A stretch of DNA of 42,792 bases from the NCBI GenBank assembly GCA_013152225.1, contig JAADGR010000204.1, positions 1-42,792 on the forward strand. Reading direction: 5' to 3'. Positions 9,501 through 16,975 of this stretch are shown here, one piece after another. The position numbers and the translations under genes are program-made. The notes beneath the pieces are model-generated. The model was not told the origin of the DNA, did no database searches, and saw only the letters and a list, made by a program, of their open reading frames with translations. Source of the stretch: Calditrichota bacterium. Lineage in GTDB: Bacteria > Zhuqueibacterota > Zhuqueibacteria > Residuimicrobiales > Krinioviventaceae. The stretch's first letter is position 1, and each line of letters opens with the position of its first letter.

Positions 9501-10800
9501 CTTCGCGCTTGGCAATTTCATCAAGGATCTGTCGATATTGCTCTTCTTCTGCTCTCTCCATCCTTTGTTGTTGGATCGCATTAATTGCATCGACGTTAAT
9601 CTGTCCAACAGCTCGACCACCCAGCAAGATAGCCATGGGGCCGGCGGATTCTAAGAGTGTACGCATTACGTTTATGAAATAGTCACGGAGACCGAAGTTT
9701 TGGACATCTGTTCCAGCGATCAAATTTGATATCTTTCGTCCCACATCCTGAAAGATCATTTGCGATAATTCCTGTAAACCTTCTTCGCCAACTTCCTGAA
9801 TCCAGTCGCGCCCATATCGCTTTACCATCTGCTGGACATACTCTTTAGCCGTATCGGCGATAATACGGTTTGCTGTTTGTTTGAGGCCTGGAAAAATTTT
9901 CGCTGCCTGACTGAATTCTATGGCTGCATAGGGTAAACCACCTGCCTGTGAAACAATAGAAGCTATTTCTCTGGGTATCCCTTCACGACGAAGATCCCTG
10001 TACAAATCCCCAACACCTTGCCGATACCAATATTGTGCGGATCCAATAATAGTACCAATCGATGCTGCAGCCGGGACTGTGAAAACTTCTTCTGGAGCAA
10101 GGATTTGTGGCCCGGCCTGGCCTGCGGCAGCTGCAGCGCCTGCCAGTGCACCACCGTAAATTAAACCTTCAAGCGTACCCTTTGCCATGGGGCCAGCAAT
10201 ACCAGCGGCACCATAAACAAATTTCTCCAGCCAGTTGCGTGCTTTAATTGGATCATCTTTGTACATCTCAATAAATTTCTTTTCCGCTACCTGCCATTCG
10301 CGATCACCACTTAATCCAACTGCCGCCTGATAAGCAAGATGATCGATGTTAACATCTTCCATAGACCGCTTAAATGATTCCTTTAGATTCTCAAGGAATC
10401 CTCTCGGTCTGGGTTCAAGTTTGGGCAATGGCTTTTCTTTAACTCCCGGGGCATACTTTAAACCCGCAGGGAGAGGCGGAGGAGTAACCTCTCCCTGCTG
10501 TGGTTCGGCCGTGGGAGCTGGAGGAGGTACGGCAGAAGGAGTAATCTTTTCTTTTCGGAGTTGTGGCAACTCTCTGACTCCACCAGCAAGCGTAATTAAT
10601 TTGGCTTCTGCTGGCTCCTGTGGGCCAGGGGCTTTATATTTAATTTTTCCTGCGAATCTTAACGTGAAAGCACCCAAAAATTTATTGTAAGGGATGTCTG
10701 AATAATATTTCTTATGAATCCCTTTCAGGATTTGATCATCAGAGAGATCATTGTATTGCGGGTATTTCTCCCTGAAATTTTTGAGTGCCTGATCAATCAT
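538..10800 (-). CDS. giant polyvalent protein (3,420 aa): ParB-like domain + N6-adenine DNA methyltransferase + SNF2/SF2 helicase + HExxH metallopeptidase motif + hydrophobic segments; probable virion-packaged ejected protein
   Basis: This is an uninterrupted 10.3-kb ORF. Motifs read from the translation: ParB-like ELYILAGHSRTEAF (about 7981-8030); MTase motif I VLEPSAGKGN (6256-6285) and motif IV NPPF (6094-6105). Helicase motifs are PHQRDGV, LADGTGAGKT (about 5328-5360), DESH (5074-5085) and QMAGRIVR (about 4121-4150). HELGH lies at 3640-3654. Gly/Ala-rich hydrophobic stretches lie at about 10000-10230 and hydrophobic segments at about 1320-1520. Confidence 0.85.
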   Translation of the reverse strand: MIDQALKNFREKYPQYNDLSDDQILKGIHKKYYSDIPYNKFLGAFTLRFAGKIKYKAPGPQEPAEAKLITLAGGVRELPQLRKEKITPSAVPPPAPTAEPQQGEVTPPPLPAGLKYAPGVKEKPLPKLEPRPRGFLENLKESFKRSMEDVNIDHLAYQAAVGLSGDREWQVAEKKFIEMYKDDPIKARNWLEKFVYGAAGIAGPMAKGTLEGLIYGGALAGAAAAAGQAGPQILAPEEVFTVPAAASIGTIIGSAQYWYRQGVGDLYRDLRREGIPREIASIVSQAGGLPYAAIEFSQAAKIFPGLKQTANRIIADTAKEYVQQMVKRYGRDWIQEVGEEGLQELSQMIFQDVGRKISNLIAGTDVQNFGLRDYFINVMRTLLESAGPMAILLGGRAVGQINVDAINAIQQQRMERAEEEQYRQILDEIAKREALNVQRPGGPVRLGETLEEFKQRQLHERINVRGEEERKRREKIDREKLERIKQRAKKKKEPIKQRIEKPAEIKIGNIVDTEKYGPVEITDITGSLVTVKNDKGNIFQIGKKALAEEIENAQRLRKDEGQIRERRIAPEGRETEGRKDLEQPAPGQPGISGIRPEEGRKGEEAVPEKEEKIPVEYVGLQFVPGAKKAVVLVNDPQGSTIGYRPEIHELDKESRKRFEEEAKDVEIIPYERFMDEIKTYRKKQEEKEAEEKTLYAHLSDEQVEQIARRELKKKGKDLTESNLFDEIQLIQHKKTIEKQILKGHPVPPDILSNYPDLFKKYEDINNKLLEKSEGRTPEKPDNLISGLVERAELLLKQEQPNNADVILQELKNYMKRVEPSLAEMRQKMPDDAMTKKLEENYNLIKNLYERIKNKLKERKELKPTEKIQISDIPLSQIKTDVDAFQNRKREYSEESVNRIVEAAKKGEFRFEEFDPILLWEDPETNELYILAGHSRTEAFKRLAKEGLTDFEKIPAKIIRGVSKQEAQEIAKRSNVLATKETAVERAQYYRELRRQGKSRKEIIEEAQKYEGRNANRILAYSFLNPDGKVIEALERTGEDPDVVKYAQWVGEARRQFTELEDSHETEMWDYLMEFGKRFGTSSEFREFINRAIQKRGGGLFGGIKGQPLNLKNLVPRSADEIEYDEKIAHLEGELKDAKKELDEKRKYFLKQGAEGEQLINALKPYEEKVSAIQKELIELKQNRDEALKKIRQSQLDLFSQIENLENEIREEGVKDETIQEIKQGRRDAINRGIEEATETAPTVPEKAEKEEKQPPTDQQKLAQKLEKILPGIEKKIDELENPAIAQQRVTPRRARIAAGMAREAEFLKKVRDIIKGMITDAEKGQLNSALFKLDTQQIIKDVLRLENFPEVVLYPFRLNDLLKDSENVKGISKDKAIIKKIEKRLSGEGAKAILSDVEIDAVESILKAIKKQKGEINPTLKILDDTIKQIRRFERAGIETTGDLKKVKKLLNEYIRPKTEAEIKEEKIKERERELIGTKIESYFPTPKPIAERMVEIADIKKGDKVLEPSAGKGNIALVIREKTGVEPDVIEISSTLRELLELRGFKIVGQDFLQFEGEYDKILMNPPFENGQDIDHVQHAYRLLKPGGKLVAIMSEGPFNRTDKKSVEFREWLARIGGESEKLPEGAFLSSERPTGVKVRLVTINKPAEENSFDKVIGKVPIEEEERFYGTKVLVKPEKEWEKEVTGTIVRVLNNGEIVEIHPDFVEDDLATFRVDANRVLIKQLIDHKEARDEGKSQETSKSIAKESGRGRKYRLLPRSPRKYEEVVEARSEFTRSPSEDHLHPSISGILKPHQRDGVNLAIESIDKNGGFLLADGTGAGKTMQELAIAAYYADRENKPALIITENDRIIKDAFEKDAAVLGVEIERFKGNIEDNKIYVATYHDLTRKKIPLSIGSRLSVLIFDESHNLKNFDKSAKAKNGIRLAEYSARVLYASATPLDKPQQIYYLNKLGIFKDYNEFLAILNELGVIEVRRKINTKYGRKEIIYYSRKPDVTAAEMAANLSRYFDQLTSEGKMVKREVSLDKLDVEVVTVQLPDQAYIDLEAIDKYYTNMMTGDPKMDGLLKARNLMAQRRALEYYKVNSTLEIIEREIKEGRQVVVFATRVNATEVVHRTPIYDQSGNLVDYHVEVISATEGTIKELEQALTEKYGENSFSRVYGSNKDAKKEIQRFQKGETKVLVATPQSGGTGINLDDVIGDKPRSMIVITPPFSAMDNVQMAGRIVRVTTKSRAKVYFIFSDTEVDEWNKAIISYKMKALGATVKGDVKKLDIEEGIVESSEALVNEILEEKGKSIRRRRQGEGFAVAAGTVRPIQAPADLIVDVGEQEAMSTKDLIRKLRKLFPEVQFRKKNLDRWLKEIKAKYYVYGLVKSRSEADIDAIAHELGHYLQNRMFGKVDIDQDFGKEVFNAELRNLDYDQDLRRTAEGFSEFIRLWLTGEDTKRYAPNFTEYFESEILEKHDKNKSFRKARKLIKKFREQGIENFVKAQAGLTEPRNRLKRIKEVLKDIGDSPFEHTLNSIALLYQRLRQKFVDDAAVVEWLFKKMLGANYYGLRAKENPIHIYRNFKMKAGAIADEMINNGVYDIHTGETITRGIRQILKDVVDRGHRLDDFLMYIYARHALTWWNPVEEGVEPKNPGISEEQARYIVDKYKNKDFDDLGDEVTKYFDELLRMVMREGGISEELYQKMRDRYPYYIPLLRNLLSDKDLVYAITRRGLANQPSPIKRAKGSDLPLEPMINAWIKHTERMVIWAQKARLMNAMVNLTNFEGLSALIKKTSPPVEAKTISVNNLVDMLTDLGVVEPNEDIGDIDIKLNLFFTQVYFNKQGIPVVSVWENGRRKWYELHPELYKFIMQIDAKPVTGLAKFLAPFARAVRLGATGINPSFIFIRNALRDSFEGLVMSQSGKTIPLHNTVSGLISELMRGKEVSDVLKQLGIDPKMAELYAKSGGVMSTMAGYDRAKLEAMADLLIERVDGNVIKFGMKHPVEGLRLLFSAIENATRIDEFKKVYYKVLKETGDKEEAFARAARASQDVTVDFARAGTVGRELNQIIPFYNAGIQGFSKFIRAFFTEKEITGYDPYTQRPVYTRINAAKRFAKGIVWLVGLSMLSYFLRNRDEWEKLEPHFRYNYFHFWINGTHLIIPTPFVIGALFHGATQTLLLELENDPEVTEEYLKYLFYEQFVSLFPLPMNIAGIGPYMQVMANKDWAGRPIEPKYARETKPPSEITYPWTTKTAEMAVKKILKPLGIDGISPIQLEYLLNAYTGGLFGRIIRPVEAVTGIKEKEKREELADLPIIGTLFARDMPLRNKYTQRFYREYREMLIRRNTENPHPLEPFIKYTIKRIRSIQRNKKLTKKEKDKQIADIITQNWKLVEKWKTEDKERLKVLRIKIKARKFKPEEYFEYIYLQNKFKVKERELIAK

Positions 10801-11639
10801 AATAACCCTCTAATTCCCAGAGGATCCTTTTTATGCGCCGGCTCCGGTTCCGCACGAATACCCTTTTCTTCAATGCGCTTTATCATCGATCGATTCCGGC
10901 GATATAAATCAAAAGTTTTCATTTTATTTAAAATTTCTTCGTCCTTTTTAGTCCAATTCCCACTTTCACGTTTCTTCCGAAGCATTTCAATTTTATCCAG
11001 ATATTCGGCATAAATCTGTTCATCTACAGCACGTCGTTTAAACTTTGTTTCTGGCATCCCTGTTGTTGGGCTAATTGTTTTCTCCTCAAATGGAACACCT
11101 TTCTCATAACGTTCACGAGCTGATTGCTCTAATCGATTCAATCGTTTAATGATTGGATCTTCAGTTCTAACTTTTCCTCCTCTTGCACCTCCCGGCTTCT
11201 TTGTTAATTCTCGGTATCGTTTTGAAATAAGTCTGACTTCTTCGCGTGTCCAGTTGGCATCCGCAGGGATCCGAAAGAAATTAGCCACTTCCGGATCCAA
11301 TTTATATGTTTCGAATCTAACCGGCGCCTGGCCACTCTGGCCAACCATCCCGATTAATTCGCCCATTTTCATATAAGCCTGTTGACGAATCGCAGGATCA
11401 ATATTTTCATTATCGGCAATACTCTTCCAGTAATCGTATTCGTTTTTAGATCTCTGTAAAGTTTCCTGTCTTTTTAGGATTTCCTCTTGATATTTTCGCT
11501 GACGATTTAGAATTTCTTCCTGTCTTTTCCTCTCGGCTTCAAGACTTCGCTGGAGCTCGCGTTTCCTCAAATTCTCTTCAGCAATCATATCCACAGCGGA
11601 CATAATTTGAGAAAGATATGGATTTTGATGGATGCTCAT
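10797..11639 (-). CDS. charged coiled-coil protein, possible internal virion protein
   Basis: This 280-aa ORF has an ATGA overlap with the giant gene start. It contains a heptad-like charged sequence (RKRELQRSLEAERKRQEEILNRQRKYQEEILKRQ). Function is inferred from position only. Confidence 0.6.
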   Translation of the reverse strand: MSIHQNPYLSQIMSAVDMIAEENLRKRELQRSLEAERKRQEEILNRQRKYQEEILKRQETLQRSKNEYDYWKSIADNENIDPAIRQQAYMKMGELIGMVGQSGQAPVRFETYKLDPEVANFFRIPADANWTREEVRLISKRYRELTKKPGGARGGKVRTEDPIIKRLNRLEQSARERYEKGVPFEEKTISPTTGMPETKFKRRAVDEQIYAEYLDKIEMLRKKRESGNWTKKDEEILNKMKTFDLYRRNRSMIKRIEEKGIRAEPEPAHKKDPLGIRGLL

Positions 11640-11800
11640 ACGCGCACTCCAGTATATTTTTCAAATAATTCAATCAATTCCAGCATGCGATCGGCAAGAA
11701 TCGCCGTAACCAGATTTCGGTCATTGGCATGTCGATTTGCCATCCGCTTAATCATTTTTAATCTTTCTCGATCTTTCTTATCGATCTCTTTTAAAGCCAT
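11636..11800 (-). CDS. small hypothetical protein (54 aa), below the ORF-track size cutoff
   Basis: Hand translation is MALKEIDKKDRERLKMIKRMANRHANDRNLVTAILADRMLELIELFEKYTGVRV. The ORF exactly fills the 162-nt gap between neighbours. Its ATG is 1 nt after the upstream TAA and its TGA overlaps the downstream ATG (ATGA). Confidence 0.55.
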   Translation of the reverse strand: MALKEIDKKDRERLKMIKRMANRHANDRNLVTAILADRMLELIELFEKYTGVRV

Positions 11801-11801
11801 T

Positions 11802-12296
11802 TTAACCTAATAGCCCTGCCTGCCATAATAATGCAATTTTCCCTAAACTCCCAGTTGTACCAAATAACTCATCAATTTGAGCATTACGGAATGCTGCCTC
11901 TCCCATTTTGTAACGATTCAAATAATCAAAAAATCGTCTCTCCCCTTCTTTCTTCATTTGAGCCAATCTGGCTTCAATTTTAGGTACAGCCTCAATGGCT
12001 CCGCGTCCGACTTGGTAGGTTGACCCGGCAATACCCGATAAGATGGCACCGGAGGGCATACGCCGTGCAGCCCCTGCTTGCTGTATTGCTGATACATTTT
12101 TCAGGTTCAGCATGTTCAAATTCTCGCGGACACCCGACATCGCCCCTTCACGTATTTTTGCCAGGTCGCTACCGCTGTACATGATGTAGTCCCGATATAG
12201 CTCGGGATTCAACATGCCGAATTCCATGAGAAACGGCTTGATAAAATTCAATGCCGTCATACCGCCAGCAATTAATGGTAATGCCGGGCCAGCCAT
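11802..12296 (-). CDS. hypothetical structural-module protein (164 aa)
   Basis: The ORF sits in the co-directional late operon. It has a hydrophobic/Gly-rich N-terminus (MAGPALPLIAGGMTALNF). Confidence 0.6.
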   Translation of the reverse strand: MAGPALPLIAGGMTALNFIKPFLMEFGMLNPELYRDYIMYSGSDLAKIREGAMSGVRENLNMLNLKNVSAIQQAGAARRMPSGAILSGIAGSTYQVGRGAIEAVPKIEARLAQMKKEGERRFFDYLNRYKMGEAAFRNAQIDELFGTTGSLGKIALLWQAGLLG

Positions 12297-12308
12297 GGTT
12301 TTTCCTCC

Positions 12309-12635
12309 TTAAGCAAAGTGTTTCTTCAAAAACACCAGAATTACCACCGCGATTTTGATTGCATCTTCGATGATCGGCTCAATGTTGTCCTGCGGGATAT
12401 CGAATTCCTTGGCGATGGTTTCTTTGATCACTTCAAATTCGGCTTCTTCCATGTCTTTGAGTTCTTCCGGAACCTTCTCAAAGCCAGAAAGCGCACTGGG
12501 TAACTTGGTGAGCGAATCCACAAAATATAAAAGATCCGCGACATCAAACTTCTTGTCCTGCAGGGCTTTTCCCAGGCTGTTACCAACGGCTAAACCAAAT
12601 CGGATGACATCTAATGTCTCTTGAATACCGGCCAT
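12309..12635 (-). CDS. hypothetical acidic protein (108 aa)
   Basis: The ORF sits in the late operon with short intergenic spacers. Confidence 0.55.
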   Translation of the reverse strand: MAGIQETLDVIRFGLAVGNSLGKALQDKKFDVADLLYFVDSLTKLPSALSGFEKVPEELKDMEEAEFEVIKETIAKEFDIPQDNIEPIIEDAIKIAVVILVFLKKHFA

Positions 12636-12650
12636 AACGACCTCCTTAAA

Positions 12651-12971
12651 TTAGTTTAAAATTATTTTGTTTAAATATAAAACAATCAGTGCACTGAGCA
12701 AAGCACTTAAGAAACCCAATGCACTGCTAAATATCAGCATCGATGCATCGTAGCGTCGCTTTTTTTGATTCTTTATCCATCGTTTGATTTCCCTGATTTC
12801 CTTTGAATTGTCAGCGACACTAAAAACGATGCTCTCTTTACCACCGTTCTTTTCGAAAAGAAGATTATGAATCTTCTCCAGAACGATTTGAGTAGCTTCC
12901 TGGTTATTAATGACTGTCTGCACCTTCGTTTCCAGTGCCGCAATCCGCTCTTCGATTGTGATTTTCCCCAT
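12651..12971 (-). CDS. hypothetical protein with C-terminal transmembrane helix (106 aa)
   Basis: The N-terminus looks like a coiled coil. The C-terminus is hydrophobic (MLIFSSALGFLSALLSALIVLYL). Confidence 0.6.
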   Translation of the reverse strand: MGKITIEERIAALETKVQTVINNQEATQIVLEKIHNLLFEKNGGKESIVFSVADNSKEIREIKRWIKNQKKRRYDASMLIFSSALGFLSALLSALIVLYLNKIILN

Positions 12972-12974
12972 TTC

Positions 12975-13214
12975 TCAATCCTTTGTTAAGTCCGAACTAT
13001 TTAAAGCGTCAATTAATTCATTCAACTTATCAAAAACATTTTGTAGGGTCTTACTATCGTTGCTTCCTTTTTCGGCTTTGTCGAGTTTTTTAATTCGCCT
13101 TGAATTCAGAAAACGTATCTGATCATCATAGTGCGCGAATAGCTTCTCGAAAACTTCAGGTTTGTTGGTATCTTCAGGTCTCATTATCTTTAGTGGACGA
13201 TTTTTTGTTTCCAT
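12975..13214 (-). CDS. hypothetical protein (79 aa)
   Basis: The ORF has an AAGGA-type SD upstream of the ATG at 13214. It overlaps the 3' end of the upstream gene. Confidence 0.5.
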   Translation of the reverse strand: METKNRPLKIMRPEDTNKPEVFEKLFAHYDDQIRFLNSRRIKKLDKAEKGSNDSKTLQNVFDKLNELIDALNSSDLTKD

Positions 13215-13428
13215 TGACCTTGTCCTTTATTTTATCTTTAATTTGTTTACTCTTTTCAAGGCTCTTCTCGTATCGATCCCGGATAAATTCAATGAATATA
13301 TCAAATACCTTCAAGAACAATCCCACCTGGCCACCAATAATCAATCCTAATTTATCAGATAGGGCCAAAAAATCCAGAATTGTTTTGATGATTTTCTTTT
13401 TTTTCTTTTTGTCCTTTTCTTTGGCCAT
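13174..13428 (-). CDS. hypothetical Lys-rich/amphipathic small protein (84 aa)
   Basis: The ORF lies immediately downstream of the 894-aa gene. It has a poly-K N-terminus followed by a hydrophobic stretch (IIKTILDFLALSDKLGLIIGGQVGLFL). Confidence 0.5.
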   Translation of the reverse strand: MAKEKDKKKKKKIIKTILDFLALSDKLGLIIGGQVGLFLKVFDIFIEFIRDRYEKSLEKSKQIKDKIKDKVNGNKKSSTKDNET

Positions 13429-13437
13429 ATTTAATCC

Positions 13438-16122
13438 TTACATGTTATTCCATTTTTCAATGATTAATTCAATTTTCTTAATTTCATTTGACACATCCGT
13501 TGAAGCCGCTTCTGCGCTAACGGTTAAATCCATCGTCTTAAACAGATATTTCGGGAAATCTTTGATTTCCTTCTCATTAGTCGCATCCGGAGTTAATGTC
13601 TTCTGATATTCCGTTTTTTGTGGATCTTTCACTTTCACAACAAGATTCTTATTTCCTTTGCCGAATATTCGAATCTCCTTTAGTTTTTTCCAGAAATAAG
13701 GTGAATCATTGTCAATAATCCGACTTTTAAGCGAAAAGGTTACACTTTCGTTGAATGTCGAATCGTTATGGCTATAATCCACAAATTTTGTTTGATTGAA
13801 CACAACAAATCGTCCGTCTGCATCAACAAAATAACCTTTTATCGGGTCAATGTCTGTGTCTCTCTCATACCATTCTTGCCGATTTGGATTATAAACGAAT
13901 ATCCGACCATTGAGGAAAAGCCATAATTCGTTATTCACTTTATCCCAGGCCAAAAAACTATTTTTGTCAACGTATTGTTTATAAATGTTCTGCATCATCT
14001 GGTTAGCGAGGATTGGTCTGGGGGCAACGCCGGTGTATTCATAGACTTCTTCACGATCCATAAAATAAAGAATGTTACCAATGACTACTGTTCCGTTTTC
14101 AGCAAATAGGCCGATCTGGTTATCAATGTAATCATGGTAAAATTGATTTCCCGCAAACTGAACCTGTGATATGCTTCTCTTCTTTAGAATCATCAGGCGA
14201 TCATCACGTTTGACGATTGAAAGATTTTTATCAAAATCGCCTGTTTCTGTTTGAATAATATTGAGGTTCGGAAACACATCAAATTGATATTCTGGGCTGT
14301 AGCGAATCACATCTTCTTCTTCGTCCTCAAGTGATGTTACAAATGCACGTTCATTCAAAACGACGTGATGACGATAATTCGGGCTAATATCTTTTGTACC
14401 TGGTGGAATACCTGTGAATTCGTGGTATTCGACACCTTTATAACCAATTGACAAATCTGTTAAATAAACATTATTATTTGTATCTTCTCTCCAGATTCTA
14501 TCGATTTCAAAAGTAGCATCGAATACCTGATCTACATCTGAATTCAATAAATTAGGATATACGTCATCTGCAAGTTGGATATACCACGCACTACCAAGAT
14601 AAGAAGATGATGCCCGTCCTTGCTTTATAACAGTTGTATCTAATCTGCCACCACCAACAACCTCAATAGTAACTTTACATCCCTCGTAAAAATAACCATT
14701 CTCCCACCAAACTTTTGTCGTGTGATTTCCTGCAGCAATATAAATTCGATCTTTAGTCGCCGTTTCGTATACGCATTCAGTATGTTCATACTTAATAGGT
14801 GTTAAAGGTTTTGTAAAATCAAAAGTGGTGACGACATACCACGGTATTTTTTCCCTTTCATATACAGACGTAGCTACATCATAAGGCGTACCCCACTCGG
14901 AGACATAAGTAATTCTTTCATTCAATCCTACTACTATAGCAATTCCGGTAATTCTTTCATCCAAATCAGTAGGTATTCCAAGGGAAATTTTTTGTGGTTC
15001 CATCTCAAGAATATAGTTTTGAGGTAACCACCTAAAACCAGAATCTGTCTTTTTGCATATCATATCCTCATGTAGAGGATATTGTCCAAAATCATATATG
15101 TAAAAATATCCCAAATACATTGTACCTGGGGCTGTATTATGTTTTTTAAATACATCATCAAACTGTGTATTCCAATAATTCTCAGCAATTTCGTTTTCAA
15201 TCCTGGCCTTTTTAAGGAACCATGCAGGACCAACTTGATCAGCGTCAATTCTTTCGACTTTTACTTCATCAATGTACAACGTTCCCGTTCCTGTAGATTC
15301 ATCACTTGGCCAGACTGCAATTTCAATTTGATTTGTTTCCGCTTTAAAAATACTTGAAGTAAATTTTATCCATCTGTCAGTTGAACTAAAGGTTCGCTCT
15401 TCTATGGTTTCAGTTCCACTTGATAAATGTTTCCATATTTTTACTTTGTAAATCCTTTGATCGTCATTACTATCCTTATACATATTTATTGAGACACGAT
15501 AATATTTGCCTACCGTAACATTTATTGGCTGACTTGTTGCGTAACCATAAGTCTGTGACTGAACAATCTTTAGAGAATAAGTTCCCTGAAAAGCATATGT
15601 CGAACTCTGCGATATATTTGCCCAATTACCAAACCAGCCATCCGTTCCACTCTCGAAAGTATCTTGTTTAATTGTTACTAAATTATGATAAAATCTTTGC
15701 CTATCGATATAACCATACCACATAGGCTCAGAAGCACCTGTAATCCTGACCACCCCACGATAATAAAAGAATTTTAATACGGCATTGGAATCAATCGTGA
15801 CATCATCAGGCAACGTTAAAGTAGTTGGCGTAGCATTGCTATATCCATTCGTTTGATCCCAATCTAATCGTTTTAGAGATGTTCCATCCTGATAAAGAAT
15901 AAACCGATCTCCGGATATATCATCCGTAACTTCAATTGCCGCCCGGATATCTGCACCGGAAAGAGCAAGAATATCCTTATAACCTTTACAGGTCACCCAT
16001 TTCCCGAATTTGTCCTGTTTGAGATTCTTGACTTCCTGATATTCGATGTTGCTGAGATCATTCTCAGAAACGTCTGTTCGCATTCCACCAGGACGCAATG
16101 TGACTTTTACCAACTCTCCCAT
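13438..16122 (-). CDS. large tail (nozzle / tail tubular B-like) protein with CBM-like jelly-roll insertion
   Basis: This 894-aa ORF follows a ~200-aa ORF, the same size and order as T7 gp11/gp12. The segment DTFESGTDGWFGNWANISQSSTYAFQGTYSLKI...YIDEVKV (about 15245-15665) resembles CBM_4_9-type carbohydrate-binding modules. Confidence 0.6.
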   Translation of the reverse strand: MGELVKVTLRPGGMRTDVSENDLSNIEYQEVKNLKQDKFGKWVTCKGYKDILALSGADIRAAIEVTDDISGDRFILYQDGTSLKRLDWDQTNGYSNATPTTLTLPDDVTIDSNAVLKFFYYRGVVRITGASEPMWYGYIDRQRFYHNLVTIKQDTFESGTDGWFGNWANISQSSTYAFQGTYSLKIVQSQTYGYATSQPINVTVGKYYRVSINMYKDSNDDQRIYKVKIWKHLSSGTETIEERTFSSTDRWIKFTSSIFKAETNQIEIAVWPSDESTGTGTLYIDEVKVERIDADQVGPAWFLKKARIENEIAENYWNTQFDDVFKKHNTAPGTMYLGYFYIYDFGQYPLHEDMICKKTDSGFRWLPQNYILEMEPQKISLGIPTDLDERITGIAIVVGLNERITYVSEWGTPYDVATSVYEREKIPWYVVTTFDFTKPLTPIKYEHTECVYETATKDRIYIAAGNHTTKVWWENGYFYEGCKVTIEVVGGGRLDTTVIKQGRASSSYLGSAWYIQLADDVYPNLLNSDVDQVFDATFEIDRIWREDTNNNVYLTDLSIGYKGVEYHEFTGIPPGTKDISPNYRHHVVLNERAFVTSLEDEEEDVIRYSPEYQFDVFPNLNIIQTETGDFDKNLSIVKRDDRLMILKKRSISQVQFAGNQFYHDYIDNQIGLFAENGTVVIGNILYFMDREEVYEYTGVAPRPILANQMMQNIYKQYVDKNSFLAWDKVNNELWLFLNGRIFVYNPNRQEWYERDTDIDPIKGYFVDADGRFVVFNQTKFVDYSHNDSTFNESVTFSLKSRIIDNDSPYFWKKLKEIRIFGKGNKNLVVKVKDPQKTEYQKTLTPDATNEKEIKDFPKYLFKTMDLTVSAEAASTDVSNEIKKIELIIEKWNNM

Positions 16123-16748
16123 TAGGTCAACCCATATGGATCATTTGTTTGATAAATTTTAACTGCACCGCCAATAATCTTCGGCGTTGTATGGCTGAAA
16201 TCTTTGACTTCGCTCAACCTTGCTTTGAGTTTAAAAAATAATGCCTCATCCCTCTGCCTGAATGGATAATCTGGAGATAAGTCCAATGCCGTCCCATACA
16301 CCAGAATCTGGTGAAGATCCTCCTCAACCCATTCAGGGACATTCGTTTCCCCGGTTGCAGGCGTGTCTTTATCAACGATTTCGTATCCGGTTGAATAATA
16401 CCAGGCTTCAATCGAAGTCGAAGAATCCACGTTGTAAAAGTAAATTTTATCCCCTTTGAAAGTGAAAATCTTCTGATCTGTACTGGCCAGCATAAAATCC
16501 TGTAAATCAACATAATCGTAAGCCGGATCCATCGCGAAAAACTGTATTAAATCACTGGGGCGATCGACGTAATTGACCGTATCAGTAAAGCTATTAAACG
16601 TTGTTTTACGTGTCAGGCAAAGCAATTCACGGTTCAATTGATGATATACGCGATTGATGGCCCGCAAAATAAATTTAGGGCCGTTTTCTCGCAGAACCGA
16701 AACGCCTACTCGATGAACAACATCTTCAATGATTTCAGAAGCTTTCAT
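16122..16748 (-). CDS. tail tubular A / adaptor-like protein (positional)
   Basis: This 208-aa ORF has a 1-nt TAATG overlap with the downstream 894-aa gene. Function is inferred from synteny only. Confidence 0.5.
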   Translation of the reverse strand: MKASEIIEDVVHRVGVSVLRENGPKFILRAINRVYHQLNRELLCLTRKTTFNSFTDTVNYVDRPSDLIQFFAMDPAYDYVDLQDFMLASTDQKIFTFKGDKIYFYNVDSSTSIEAWYYSTGYEIVDKDTPATGETNVPEWVEEDLHQILVYGTALDLSPDYPFRQRDEALFFKLKARLSEVKDFSHTTPKIIGGAVKIYQTNDPYGLT

Positions 16749-16756
16749 TCTTTACC

Positions 16757-16975
16757 TCAAAAATAAATGTATTTTTTAACAGCCCATAGAAATCTTTTAA
16801 ACCAATCCCATGTTCTATGATCGTAGTAAAAACAATCGAAAATAGAGTAACCGCAAGAGAATGACCATAGTAAAGATAGCCAGTACGACCTGCCTTCATT
16901 CCGAAATGCTTTATGGTAGAGCCAATTCGGAATTCTCCTTCGAATGAACTCCAATTTCCAGTAAAGATTTATCAT
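16757..16975 (-). CDS. small Trp/Phe/Tyr-rich hypothetical protein (72 aa)
   Basis: The ORF fits the gap exactly and has a 4-nt overlap with the upstream gene. Its unusual aromatic-rich composition lowers confidence. Confidence 0.4.
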   Translation of the reverse strand: MINLYWKLEFIRRRIPNWLYHKAFRNEGRSYWLSLLWSFSCGYSIFDCFYYDHRTWDWFKRFLWAVKKYIYF

